24,000 bases of DNA from Pseudonocardia alaniniphila (GTDB taxonomy: Bacteria > Actinomycetota > Actinomycetes > Mycobacteriales > Pseudonocardiaceae): assembly GCF_022524485.1 (NCBI RefSeq), contig NZ_JAKXMK010000006.1, positions 220,768 through 244,767 of the forward strand. The letters are read 5' to 3'. Each line of letters starts with the position of its first letter. The stretch's first letter is position 1. Under the pieces are notes generated by a model. The model ran no database searches. It was given only the letters and a program-made list of their open reading frames with translations, and was not told the origin of the DNA. Position numbers and translations under genes: made by a program. Below are positions 1 through 7,942 of the stretch, one piece after another.

Positions 1-531
1 GGCGCTCATCAGCAGGAACTGCGCCTGCGGCAGCTCGATCAACGGCACCTGCCACGCCCATCCGCGGTCGGGGTCGGCGTAGAAGTGGAACTCGTCCATC
101 ACCACCGAGCCCACGTCGGCGTCGCGGCCGCCGCGCAGGGCGATGTTGGCGAGGATCTCCGCGGTGCAGCAGATGATCGGGGCCTTCTCGTTGACCGCGG
201 CGTCGCCGGTGAGCATCCCGACCTTGTCGGCCCCGAACACCTCGATGAGCGCGAAGAACTTCTCGCTCACGAGCGCCTTGATCGGCGCGGTGTAGAACGT
301 GCGCTCCCCGCGGGCCAGCGCCGCGGCGTGTGCTCCCACCGCCACCAGCGACTTCCCGGAGCCGGTGGGGGTGGAGAGGATGACGTTGCTGCCGGTGACC
401 AGCTCCAGCAGCGCCTCCTCCTGCGCCGCGTAGAGCGACAGCCCCTGCTCCTCGAACGCCCAGTCGGTGAACGCCTCGACGAGCGCGTCGGGGTCGTCTG
501 GCGTCGGGGGGAGCCGGTCGGTGAGCGTCAT
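1..531 (-). CDS. DEAD/DEAH-box SF2 helicase (Ski2-like, mycobacterial Rv3649/DUF3516-type). Only the N-terminal 177 aa are present; the gene continues past the left edge.
   Basis: My own minus-strand translation from ATG at 531-529 gives [93 protein letters not shown]...[35 protein letters not shown]. It has a Walker A (TPTGSGKS) and a DEFH box. The ORF is absent from the track because it has no stop in the window. Confidence 0.85.
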   Translation of the reverse strand, partial: MTLTDRLPPTPDDPDALVEAFTDWAFEEQGLSLYAAQEEALLELVTGSNVILSTPTGSGKSLVAVGAHAAALARGERTFYTAPIKALVSEKFFALIEVFGADKVGMLTGDAAVNEKAPIICCTAEILANIALRGGRDADVGSVVMDEFHFYADPDRGWAWQVPLIELPQAQFLLMSA

Positions 532-613
532 GATGCCTCGATCGTCCCTCGTCCGGCCGACCGTGTGGTCGCCGGGGCCCGCGAACGTCGGCGGCGCCGG
601 GGGCGTGGATCCG

Positions 614-632
614 TACGGTAACCGTTAGCGTA
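614..632. promoter_or_regulatory. 19-bp near-perfect inverted repeat TACGGTAAC-c-GTTAGCGTA in the divergent helicase/ligase-like intergenic region. Candidate operator, and/or a -10 element (TAGCGT 626-631) for a leaderless transcript starting near GTG 639.
   Basis: The arms match 8/9. The site is unusually AT-rich for this genome. No Shine-Dalgarno sequence lies before GTG 639. The core TAAC-N-GTTAGCGT recurs at 15683-15695. Confidence 0.4.
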
Positions 633-638
633 TGCCCC

Positions 639-2246
639 GTGACAGGGCGGCCCAGATCGGACGATCTGCCCGATCTCGTCCCGCCCATGCAGCCGGCCAC
701 GGTGTCGGGGGACCCGCCGTCCGGCCCCGACTGGGTCGTCGAGGTGGCCTGGACGGGCCACCGGTGCATCGCCTACGTGCAGCCGGGCAGGCGGGTCCGG
801 CTGCTCAGCGGGGGCAACAACTCGATGAGCGCCGCCTATCCGGAGCTCACCGAACCGCTGCTGCGCCGCTCGCCGCCGGGCGGCATGGTGCTCGACGGCA
901 CGCTCGTCGCGCGGGGAGAGGAGCACGCGCCACGACCCCGCCTGCTCAAGCGGCGCAGTGCCCGCAACCGCCCGTCGGACGAGACGATCCGGCGGATCCC
1001 GGTGGACTTCCAGGTGGCCGACCTGCTCTGGCTCGACGGGCACAGCACCACCGACCTGCACTACGCCGATCGGCGCGCGCTGCTCGACGGCCTCGGGTTC
1101 GCCAGCCCGCCGGTCTGGACCACATCGCCGCTGCCTGCCACCGAGCTGGACACGATGCTGGCCATCGCCGACCAGAAGGGTGCCGAGGGGCTGCACGCGC
1201 GTCATCTGCGGGGCCGGTACCACCCCGGTGGGCGCTCCCGCTTCTGGATCCGTGTGCCGGTCCGGCGGATGCGCCAGGTGTGCGTCGGCGGGTGGACGCC
1301 GGCCGACCCCCGGCGTCCCGACTCCGTCGGCACGCTGCTGCTCGGCGTGCCGAGCGGTGCGTCGCGCGAGGTGCCGAGCGCACTGCACTACGTCGGGCGG
1401 GTGGGGGTGTCGCTGGAGCAGCGCCGCCAGCTCGCCGCCGCGCTCGTGGCGCGCCGGGTGCCGGTCTCGCCCTTCGTCGGGGACGTGCCTGCCGACGCCG
1501 CCCGCCACGCGAGCTGGGCGGTGCCCGAGCTGGTGGGGCTCGTGGAGTTCACGGGCTGGATCGGCGGCGACCGGATGCGGCGGCCGCAGTGGCGAGGCCT
1601 GCTGGTGCCCGCGGCCGTGCGGGAGACGGCGTGGGCGCGGCCACCGGAGCCGACCCCGGACACCGCGGCGCCGCCGCCGGACCGCCCGCCTGCCCCGAGC
1701 AGGCGTGGCTCCGGCGCATCGCCCGCGTCGCAGTCGCGCGAGCTCGACCCAGCTCCCGTGACGCCGCCGCCCGGGGAGAACAGACGGCTCGAGCAGCACT
1801 TCGTCTACAACTCGCTCAACACCATCGCCGCGCTGATCCGCACCGACCCGTCACGGGCCCGCGAGCTTCTGTTCGGCTTCGCCGACCTGTCCCGTGCCAA
1901 TGATCGGGACGGGACGAGCACTCTCGGTCAGGAGCTGGACGCGGTGCGCGGCTATCTGCAGCTCGAGCAGGCGAGGTTCGGGGCGCGGCTGCAGGTCGAG
2001 ATGGACGTCGAGGGCGGGCTCGAACCGGTGCCGGTGACCGCGATGCAGGTGCTCCACGTCGTGCGCAGGGCGGTACAGGAGGAGATTGAACCGCTCCCCA
2101 ACGGCGGGACACTCTCGGTGGTCGCACGCAGGACGCCTCCGGGCTGCGCGATCACCGTCACCGCCGGTGCCGGAACTCCGACGATGTTGCTGCTCACAGC
2201 CGTACCTGACCGAGTGGGTGACCAGGGCGTGCGCCCCCGAAGGTGA
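639..2246 (+). CDS. Fusion protein: an ATP-dependent DNA-ligase-like domain (LigD/LigC-type adenylation + OB fold, catalytic Lys absent), a Pro-rich linker, then a LytS/YehU-type histidine-kinase module with a degenerate, truncated ATPase domain.
   Basis: The 535-aa track ORF has ligase motifs PPMQPATV, VLDGTLV, FQVADLLWLDG, EGLHARH, FWIRVP and RRPQWRGL. Motif I reads EVAWTGHR instead of ExKxDGxR. The C-terminal part EQHFVYNSLNTIAALIRTDPSRARELL...LQLEQARFGARL matches the His_kinase (LytS) family. The N-box reads VRRAVQEE and the ORF ends before a G2 box. Confidence 0.7.
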   Translation: MTGRPRSDDLPDLVPPMQPATVSGDPPSGPDWVVEVAWTGHRCIAYVQPGRRVRLLSGGNNSMSAAYPELTEPLLRRSPPGGMVLDGTLVARGEEHAPRPRLLKRRSARNRPSDETIRRIPVDFQVADLLWLDGHSTTDLHYADRRALLDGLGFASPPVWTTSPLPATELDTMLAIADQKGAEGLHARHLRGRYHPGGRSRFWIRVPVRRMRQVCVGGWTPADPRRPDSVGTLLLGVPSGASREVPSALHYVGRVGVSLEQRRQLAAALVARRVPVSPFVGDVPADAARHASWAVPELVGLVEFTGWIGGDRMRRPQWRGLLVPAAVRETAWARPPEPTPDTAAPPPDRPPAPSRRGSGASPASQSRELDPAPVTPPPGENRRLEQHFVYNSLNTIAALIRTDPSRARELLFGFADLSRANDRDGTSTLGQELDAVRGYLQLEQARFGARLQVEMDVEGGLEPVPVTAMQVLHVVRRAVQEEIEPLPNGGTLSVVARRTPPGCAITVTAGAGTPTMLLLTAVPDRVGDQGVRPRR

Positions 2247-2271
2247 TCATGGGCTTCTGTACCGTTGTTTC

Positions 2272-3018
2272 ATGCTCGGCCTCCCTGATGGCACGCGCGC
2301 GTGCCTCTTCGATCTCGACGGTGTCCTGACCGACACCGCCAGCGTGCACGCCGCCGCGTGGAAGCAGATGTTCGACGACTATCTGCGAGCCCGCGCGGAA
2401 CGCGACGGCACCCCGTTCCAGCCCTTCGACGTCAAGGCCGACTACGGCCCCTACGTCGACGGAAAGCCGCGGCTGGCGGGCACCGACGCGTTTCTCCGCT
2501 CACGTGGGATCGAGCTACCGGAGGGTGGGCCCGGTGACCCGCCTGACGCCGAGACGATCTACGCGCTGGCCACCAAGAAGAACGACCTCGTCCAGGAGAA
2601 GATCACCACCGTCGGGGTGACCGTCTACCCCGGGTCGGTCCAGTACCTGCACGCCGTGAAGGACGCGGGCCTGGCCACGGCATGCGTGTCGTCCTCGGCC
2701 AACGCTGCACAGGTGCTCGACGTGGCAGGGCTGAGCTACCTCATCGACCACCGCGTCGACGGCGTCACGGCCCGTGAGCGCGGCCTGCCGGGCAAGCCGG
2801 CACCCGACACGTTCCTCGCCGCGGCGGCCGATCTGGACGTCGACAAGTCGCAGGCCGTCGTCTTCGAGGACGCGCTGGCCGGGGTGGCATCGGGGAAGGC
2901 GGGCGGGTTCGCCTTCGTCGTGGGGGTCGACCGCGTGGGGCACGCCGACGCCTTGCGCGCGAACGGAGCGGACACGGTGGTCACCGACCTCGCACAACTG
3001 CTGGAGGAGCAGCGATGA
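2272..3018 (+). CDS. Beta-phosphoglucomutase-family HAD hydrolase (mycobacterial Rv3400-like).
   Basis: Track ORF 2086..3018 trimmed to ATG 2272 (M63). HAD motif I is present in CLFDLDGVLTDT, motif II in VSSS, and motifs III/IV in GKPAPD...VVFEDALAGV. Its stop overlaps the next start (ATGA at 3015-3018). Confidence 0.85.
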   Translation: MLGLPDGTRACLFDLDGVLTDTASVHAAAWKQMFDDYLRARAERDGTPFQPFDVKADYGPYVDGKPRLAGTDAFLRSRGIELPEGGPGDPPDAETIYALATKKNDLVQEKITTVGVTVYPGSVQYLHAVKDAGLATACVSSSANAAQVLDVAGLSYLIDHRVDGVTARERGLPGKPAPDTFLAAAADLDVDKSQAVVFEDALAGVASGKAGGFAFVVGVDRVGHADALRANGADTVVTDLAQLLEEQR

Positions 3019-5375
3019 GCCCTGACACCGCACGGCCCTTCACCGTGGAGCCATGGGTCGTCCGTGAGCCGAGACTCGATCTCGACACCATCGGCCAGGT
3101 CGAATCGGTGTTCGCGCTGTCGAACGGCCACATCGGGTTGCGGGGCAACCTCGACGAGGGGGAGCCCAACGCCTGGCCGGGCACCTACCTCAACTCGTTC
3201 TACGAGCGCCGGCCCCTGCCGTACGCCGAGGGTGGCTACGGCTACCCCGAATCCGGCCAGACGATCATCAACGTCACCAATGGCAAGCTGATCCGGCTGC
3301 TCGTCGAGGACGAGCCGTTCGACCTGCGCTACGGCGAGCTGCGCCGTCACGAGCGGGTGCTCGACCTGCGCGCCGGCACGCTCACCCGCGAGGTGGAGTG
3401 GGCGTCGCCCGCCGGCCGGGTGGTCGCCGTGCGCAGCACGCGGATGGTCTCGCTCACCCAGCGGGCCGTCGCCGCGATCTGTTACGAGGTCGAGGTGCTC
3501 GACGCGCCGGCGCTGCTCGTCGTGCAGTCGGAGCTGGTGGCCAACGAACAGATGCCGGCCCGCAACGACGACGACCCGCGCGTCGAGGCCGCGCTGACCG
3601 ACCCGCTGGTCGCCGAGCAGTACCGCGCCGACGAGGCGGGCGCGATCCTGATCCACCACACCCGCCGGTCCGCCCTGCGGGTGGCGGCGGCGATGGACCA
3701 CGAGGTCCACGGGCCCGACGGCGTGAGCGTCAGCTCGGAGGCCAGCGACGACATCGGGCGCACCACGGTGATCACCCGGCTGCAGCCGGGGCAGAAGCTG
3801 CGGATCATCAAGTACCTGGCGTACGGCTGGTCGGCCCGGCGCTCGCAGCCGGCGTTGCACGACCAGGTGCGCGCGGCGCTGGCCGCGGCCCGCTACACGG
3901 GCTGGGAGGGCCTGCTGGCGGAGCAGCGCCAGTACCTCGACGACTTCTGGGAGACCGCCGACGTCGAGATCGACGGTGACGCGGAGCTGCAGCAGGCCGT
4001 GCGGGTGGCGGTCTTCCACGTGCTGCAGGCCGGTGCCCGGGCGGAGCGACGGGCGATCGGGGCCAAGGGCCTGACCGGCGAGGGCTACGACGGCCACACC
4101 TTCTGGGACACCGAGACCTTCTGCCTGCCGGTGCTCTCGCACCTCGCGCCGGAGGCTGCCGCTGACGCGCTGCGGTGGCGGCAGTCGATCCTCCCGATGG
4201 CGTACGAGCGCGCCGAGCAGCTGGGGCTCTCCGGAGCGGCGTTCCCCTGGCGGACGATCCGCGGGCACGAGTGCTCGGGCTACTGGCCCGCCGGCACCGC
4301 GGCGTTCCACATCAACGCCGACATCGCCGACGCGGTGCGCCGGCACGTCGCCGCCACGGGCGATGTCGACTTCGAGCGTGAGGTCGGGCTGGAGCTGCTG
4401 GTGGCCACCGCGCGGTTGTGGCGCTCGCTGGGGCACCACGACTCCGCCGGACAGTTCCGGATCGACGGCGTGACGGGCCCGGACGAGTACACGGCCATCG
4501 TCGACAACAACGTCTACACGAACCTCATGGCCCAGCAGAACCTGCGGGTCGCCGCCGACACGGCCGCGCGGCACTCGCGTGCGGCGGGGCGGCTGGGCGT
4601 CAACGCCGAGGAGATGGCGAGCTGGCGCGACGCCGCCAAGTCGATGCGCATCCCCTACGACGAGGTGCTGGGCGTCCACCCGCAGTCGGAGGGCTTCACC
4701 AACCACCAGGGCTGGGACTTCGAGAACACCCCACCGGAGAAGTACCCGCTGCTGCTGCACGTGCCCTACTTCGACCTGTACCGCAAGCAGGTCTCGAAGC
4801 AGGCCGACCTGGTGCTGGCGATCCAGCTGCGACCGGACGCGTTCACCACGGAGCAGATGCAGCGCAACTTCGCCTACTACGAGGCCATCACGGTGCGCGA
4901 CTCGTCGCTGTCGGCCTGCACCCAGGCCGTCGTCGCGGCGTGGACGGGGCACCTGGACCTGGCATACGACTACCTCGCCGAGGCCGCGCTGGTCGACCTG
5001 AACAACCTTGCAGGCAACACCGAGCACGGCGTGCACATCGCGTCGATGGCGGGCACCTGGACGGCCGTCGTCTCCGGGTTCGGCGGGATGCGGCTCGACA
5101 ACGGCGGCATCGCGTTCGCCCCGCAGCTGCCGCCTGCGCTGTCGCGCATCTCGTTCGGCCTGAAGTGGCAGGGCCGGCAGCTGCGCGTGGAGATCCGGCC
5201 CGGTGAGGCCGAGTACCGGCTCGTCAGCGGGCCTCCGATGCGGCTGCGCCACCACGGCGAGCCGCTGGCCCTCGCCGACGCCCCGCAGGTGCGACCGATC
5301 GTGCCGTGTGAGCCCGTCGAGCCGGTCGAGCAGCCCTACGGTCGCGCTCCCAACGCCCGCCACCCCGGGAGCTGA
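3015..5375 (+). CDS. Glycoside hydrolase family 65 disaccharide phosphorylase (kojibiose/trehalose/maltose phosphorylase-like, Rv3401-like).
   Basis: 786 aa with GH65 signatures VFALSNGHIGLRGNLDEGEP, GAKGLTGEGYDGHTFWDTETF and IDGVTGPDEYTAIVDNNVYTN (catalytic Glu region). A GGAGGAG RBS lies 5 nt upstream. It is coupled to the pgmB-like gene, which is the canonical pairing. Confidence 0.9.
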   Translation: MSPDTARPFTVEPWVVREPRLDLDTIGQVESVFALSNGHIGLRGNLDEGEPNAWPGTYLNSFYERRPLPYAEGGYGYPESGQTIINVTNGKLIRLLVEDEPFDLRYGELRRHERVLDLRAGTLTREVEWASPAGRVVAVRSTRMVSLTQRAVAAICYEVEVLDAPALLVVQSELVANEQMPARNDDDPRVEAALTDPLVAEQYRADEAGAILIHHTRRSALRVAAAMDHEVHGPDGVSVSSEASDDIGRTTVITRLQPGQKLRIIKYLAYGWSARRSQPALHDQVRAALAAARYTGWEGLLAEQRQYLDDFWETADVEIDGDAELQQAVRVAVFHVLQAGARAERRAIGAKGLTGEGYDGHTFWDTETFCLPVLSHLAPEAAADALRWRQSILPMAYERAEQLGLSGAAFPWRTIRGHECSGYWPAGTAAFHINADIADAVRRHVAATGDVDFEREVGLELLVATARLWRSLGHHDSAGQFRIDGVTGPDEYTAIVDNNVYTNLMAQQNLRVAADTAARHSRAAGRLGVNAEEMASWRDAAKSMRIPYDEVLGVHPQSEGFTNHQGWDFENTPPEKYPLLLHVPYFDLYRKQVSKQADLVLAIQLRPDAFTTEQMQRNFAYYEAITVRDSSLSACTQAVVAAWTGHLDLAYDYLAEAALVDLNNLAGNTEHGVHIASMAGTWTAVVSGFGGMRLDNGGIAFAPQLPPALSRISFGLKWQGRQLRVEIRPGEAEYRLVSGPPMRLRHHGEPLALADAPQVRPIVPCEPVEPVEQPYGRAPNARHPGS

Positions 5376-5403
5376 CCCCCGCAGAACCCGCTGAGCTGGT
5401 CGT

Positions 5404-5435
5404 CTCCACCATCGGGCGGACCGCCCGTGGTGGAG
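5404..5435 (+). terminator. Strong GC-rich stem-loop downstream of the GH65 gene (CTCCACCA-t-CGGGCGG a CCGCCCG-TGGTGGAG). Likely a factor-independent terminator without a U-tract.
   Basis: A 15-bp stem with one bulge lies 29 nt after the stop codon, followed by a new transcription unit. The missing T-tract is common in actinobacteria but lowers confidence. Confidence 0.5.
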
Positions 5436-5503
5436 GCGTACCGGCTCGGCGGGGTGGGTATGCGAGTCCACTGATGCTTCCCGGACCCGGCGGAAGGACG
5501 AAT

Positions 5504-5863
5504 GTGGACCTCGACCGTGCCCGCACGCTCCTCACCACCGAGCTGGCCGAACTCGCCGAGCGCGAACGGTTCGCCCAGTCGAGCCTGGCGCAGGCGTCGG
5601 CCGACATGGTCGGCGAGGAAGGCTCCCTGGGCCAGCATCCGGCCGACTACGGCTCCGAGGTGAACAGCACGATGGAGGCCGAGCTGAGCGTCGGCACCAT
5701 CGCCGAGCAGCGCCGCCGGCTGATCGACGCCGTCGAGCGGATCGACGCGGGAACCTACGGCCGCTGCGCCGTCTGCGACCACCAGATCGACGACGAGCGG
5801 CTGGAGGCCCGGCCGGAGGCGGCGACCTGCCGGGCGCACGCGGACAGCCCTGTGGTCACCTGA
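5504..5863 (+). CDS. TraR/DksA-family zinc-finger protein.
   Basis: The track ORF is 5474..5863. I prefer GTG 5504 because GGAAGGA lies 5 nt upstream; ATG 5474 is the alternative. The C-terminal zinc finger is GRCAVCDHQIDDERLEARPEAATCRAH (CxxC-x17-CxxH), preceded by coiled-coil-like sequence. Confidence 0.75.
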   Translation: MDLDRARTLLTTELAELAERERFAQSSLAQASADMVGEEGSLGQHPADYGSEVNSTMEAELSVGTIAEQRRRLIDAVERIDAGTYGRCAVCDHQIDDERLEARPEAATCRAHADSPVVT

Positions 5864-5922
5864 CGGGCGGTCCCGCGTGGTTCGGTGGGTAGGGGGCCGT
5901 TCGGGCGGGTAGTGAGCCCAGT

Positions 5923-6981
5923 GTGAGTGAGGTCCCACTCGGGCTGGTCCGCGTCGATCCCGAGACACCCGGCATGACCCGACGCCGCCGTGGGCGCGGG
6001 TGGAGCTACTACGACGCTGCCGGTAGCCCGCTCGCCGACCCCGCGGAGATCGCCCGGATCAGGGCCTTGGTCATCCCTCCCGCCTGGCAGGACGTGTGGA
6101 TCTCCTCGGACCCGGATGGGCACATCCAGGCTGTGGGCGTCGATGCGGCGGGCCGGCGCCAGTACCGCTACCACGAGGAATGGCGGCGTCTGCGGGACCA
6201 GGAGAAGTACGACCGGGTCCTCGGCCTGGGGAGGCGGTTGCCCGACGTGCGGATCGAGCTGCTGGACCGGCTGGCGGAGAAGGGCCTCGGGCGGGACCGC
6301 GTGCTGGCTGCCGGCGTGCGGATGCTCGACATCGGGGTCTTCCGGTCGGGCGGCGAGGAGTATGCCCCCGGGGACGACGACGAGGACGGCACCTTCGGGC
6401 TGGCGACGCTGCGGCGCGAGCACGTCCAGCTCAAGCGCGGCGCCGTCCTGTTCTCCTACCCGGCCAAGGGCGGGATCCCGCGCACCATCGCGCTGCGGGA
6501 CCCACTGCTGCACAAGGTCGTCAACTCGTTGCTGCGCCGCCGCGGCGGCGGGGAGGACCTGCTCGTCTACCGCGTGGGCCGGGACTGGCACGACGTGCGG
6601 GCCGAGGACCTGAACACGGCGGTGAAGGAGCTGATGGGGGAGCAGCACACCTGCAAGGACCTGCGCACCTGGAACGCCACAGTGCTGGCCGCCGTCACGT
6701 TGGCGGCGGGCGTGGCACAGGGCGGCGTCCCGGAGAAGGAGCGGGCGCGGGGGCGCGTGGTGAACCGGGCGATCAAGGAGGTGGCGGAGCACCTCGGCAA
6801 CACCCCGGCAGTCGCCCGTAGCTCCTACGTCGACCCGCGGGTGCTCGAGCGTTTCGAGGAGGGGCGCACCGTGCTGCCGGCGCTGCGCAGGATGAACGGA
6901 TCCTCGCCGGTCCCCGACCTGACCGACGACGCGATCCGGGCGACGGTCGAGCGGGCCGTGGTGCGCCTGATCGGCTCCTGA
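5923..6981 (+). CDS. DNA topoisomerase IB (bacterial poxvirus-like type).
   Basis: 352 aa with IPPAWQDVWIS, RRQYRYHEEW, YPAKGG (Lys), KDLRTWNAT (Arg) and HLGNTPAVARSSYVDP. The Asn sits 9 residues before the catalytic Tyr, as in Deinococcus TopIB Asn280/Tyr289. Confidence 0.9.
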   Translation: MSEVPLGLVRVDPETPGMTRRRRGRGWSYYDAAGSPLADPAEIARIRALVIPPAWQDVWISSDPDGHIQAVGVDAAGRRQYRYHEEWRRLRDQEKYDRVLGLGRRLPDVRIELLDRLAEKGLGRDRVLAAGVRMLDIGVFRSGGEEYAPGDDDEDGTFGLATLRREHVQLKRGAVLFSYPAKGGIPRTIALRDPLLHKVVNSLLRRRGGGEDLLVYRVGRDWHDVRAEDLNTAVKELMGEQHTCKDLRTWNATVLAAVTLAAGVAQGGVPEKERARGRVVNRAIKEVAEHLGNTPAVARSSYVDPRVLERFEEGRTVLPALRRMNGSSPVPDLTDDAIRATVERAVVRLIGS

Positions 6982-7003
6982 CGCCCACGTCCGCGCCGCA
7001 GGG

Positions 7004-7213
7004 TCAGCTCTCCTTCTTCAGTGCACCCGGCTTGTGCACCGCGTCTCCGCCACTCTTCTCGCTGCGGACCTTGTACTGGGGGTCGTCGCGCGAGGCCCGG
7101 ACGGTGCGTCCGGCGGCCTCCGTGTCCTCGGTGATCTTCTCCTCGACCTCGCCCTCTGCGGTGCCTCCATGGCTCTTCCAGGAGACGCGGTCGCCCTTCT
7201 TGAACTCGGCCAT
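7004..7213 (-). CDS. DUF2945 (HVA TUDOR-like) small protein.
   Basis: Track ORF 7004..7480 trimmed to ATG 7213. The product is MAEFKKGDRVSWKSHGGTAEGEVEEKITEDTEAAGRTVRASRDDPQYKVRSEKSGGDAVHKPGALKKES, a typical 69-aa DUF2945 sequence. Confidence 0.8.
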   Translation of the reverse strand: MAEFKKGDRVSWKSHGGTAEGEVEEKITEDTEAAGRTVRASRDDPQYKVRSEKSGGDAVHKPGALKKES

Positions 7214-7289
7214 GCCGGTGCTTACCCGCCACCGGGGCCGGGTACGCGAACCGCAGAGGTTCACATCAGTGAGAACGAGGAAGGAACAC

Positions 7290-7871
7290 ATGACCGGCAG
7301 GCTGAACGGCAAGCGCATCGCCATCCTGGCCACCGACGGCGTGGAGCAGGTGGAGCTCGAGCAGCCCCGCGAAGCGGTGAACCGGGAGGGCGCGCAGACG
7401 GAGATCCTCTCGCTGTCCGAGGGCGAGATCCAGGCGATGAACCACGACATCGAGCCTGCTGACACCTTCACCGCGGACAAGGCGGTGAAGGAGGCATCCG
7501 CGGCGGACTACGACGCCCTCATCCTGCCCGGCGGCACGGTCAACGCCGACCGCCTGCGGATGGATCCTGACGTCGTCGGCTTCGTGCAGGAGATCTTCCG
7601 TGCCGGGAAACCGGTGGGAGTGATCTGTCACGGGCCGTGGACGCTGGTCGAGGCCGACCTCGTGCGCGGCCGGACGCTCACGTCGTACCCGAGCCTGCGC
7701 ACCGACATCCGCAACGCGGGCGGCACGGTGGTCGACGAGGAGGTCGTCACCGACCACGGTCTGGTGTCGAGCCGCAACCCGGGTGACCTGCAGGCGTTCT
7801 GCGCGAAGATCGTCGAGGAGTTCGCGGAGGGTGCACACCAGGTGCAGGCGAGCGGAGCGACGGCCGGCTGA
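7290..7871 (+). CDS. DJ-1/PfpI-family protein (type 1 glutamine amidotransferase-like; general stress protein 18/protease I-like).
   Basis: Track ORF 7032..7871 trimmed to ATG 7290, with a GAGGAAGG RBS upstream. The sequence includes KRIAILATDGVEQVEL, ALILPGG and a nucleophile elbow GVICHGPW. Confidence 0.9.
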   Translation: MTGRLNGKRIAILATDGVEQVELEQPREAVNREGAQTEILSLSEGEIQAMNHDIEPADTFTADKAVKEASAADYDALILPGGTVNADRLRMDPDVVGFVQEIFRAGKPVGVICHGPWTLVEADLVRGRTLTSYPSLRTDIRNAGGTVVDEEVVTDHGLVSSRNPGDLQAFCAKIVEEFAEGAHQVQASGATAG

Positions 7872-7942
7872 CCGGGCAACCGGGGGCCCGGGAAGGCTCT
7901 CGACGGACGACTCGCGTCCTGTGACCCGGGTACCCTCCCAGC

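Noticed and set aside
2736-5471. Very long antisense or off-frame ORFs in the track: 2736..5471 (-) 911 aa, 9163..12249 (-) 1028 aa, 528..1799 (-), 632..1903 (+), 85..621 (+), 19317..20876 (+), 20687..21631 (+), 21628..22380 (-), 22381..23646 (-), 22242..23447 (+), 13276..14322 (+), 15810..16967 (+) and similar.
   Set aside because: Their translations are Arg/Pro/Gly/Ala-rich, low-complexity and without recognisable motifs. Each overlaps a strand or frame that encodes a clearly recognisable protein family. Long stop-free shadow frames are expected at about 70% GC.
7004-7871. Overlapping long ORFs 7004..7480 (-) and 7032..7871 (+), as if the DUF2945 and PfpI genes overlapped extensively.
   Set aside because: The recognisable domains begin at internal ATGs (7213 and 7290, the latter with a good RBS). 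The extensions are low-complexity and mutually antisense.
7222-7933. GGGTA(A/C/T/G) SigF/SigB-type -10-like motifs upstream of stress-type genes. They occur at 7222-7227 (minus, 8 nt before the DUF2945 ATG), 7240-7245 (before the PfpI gene) and 7928-7933 (9 nt before the DUF6328 ATG). Further copies lie at 5456-5461, 5886-5891 and 5907-5912.
   Set aside because: I could not find a GGTT/GTTT -35 element at the expected 15-17 nt spacing for any of them; the best case has about 19-20 nt. GGGTA is expected a few times by chance in this much GC-rich intergenic DNA. It would be worth a genome-wide motif search, but the window alone does not support it.
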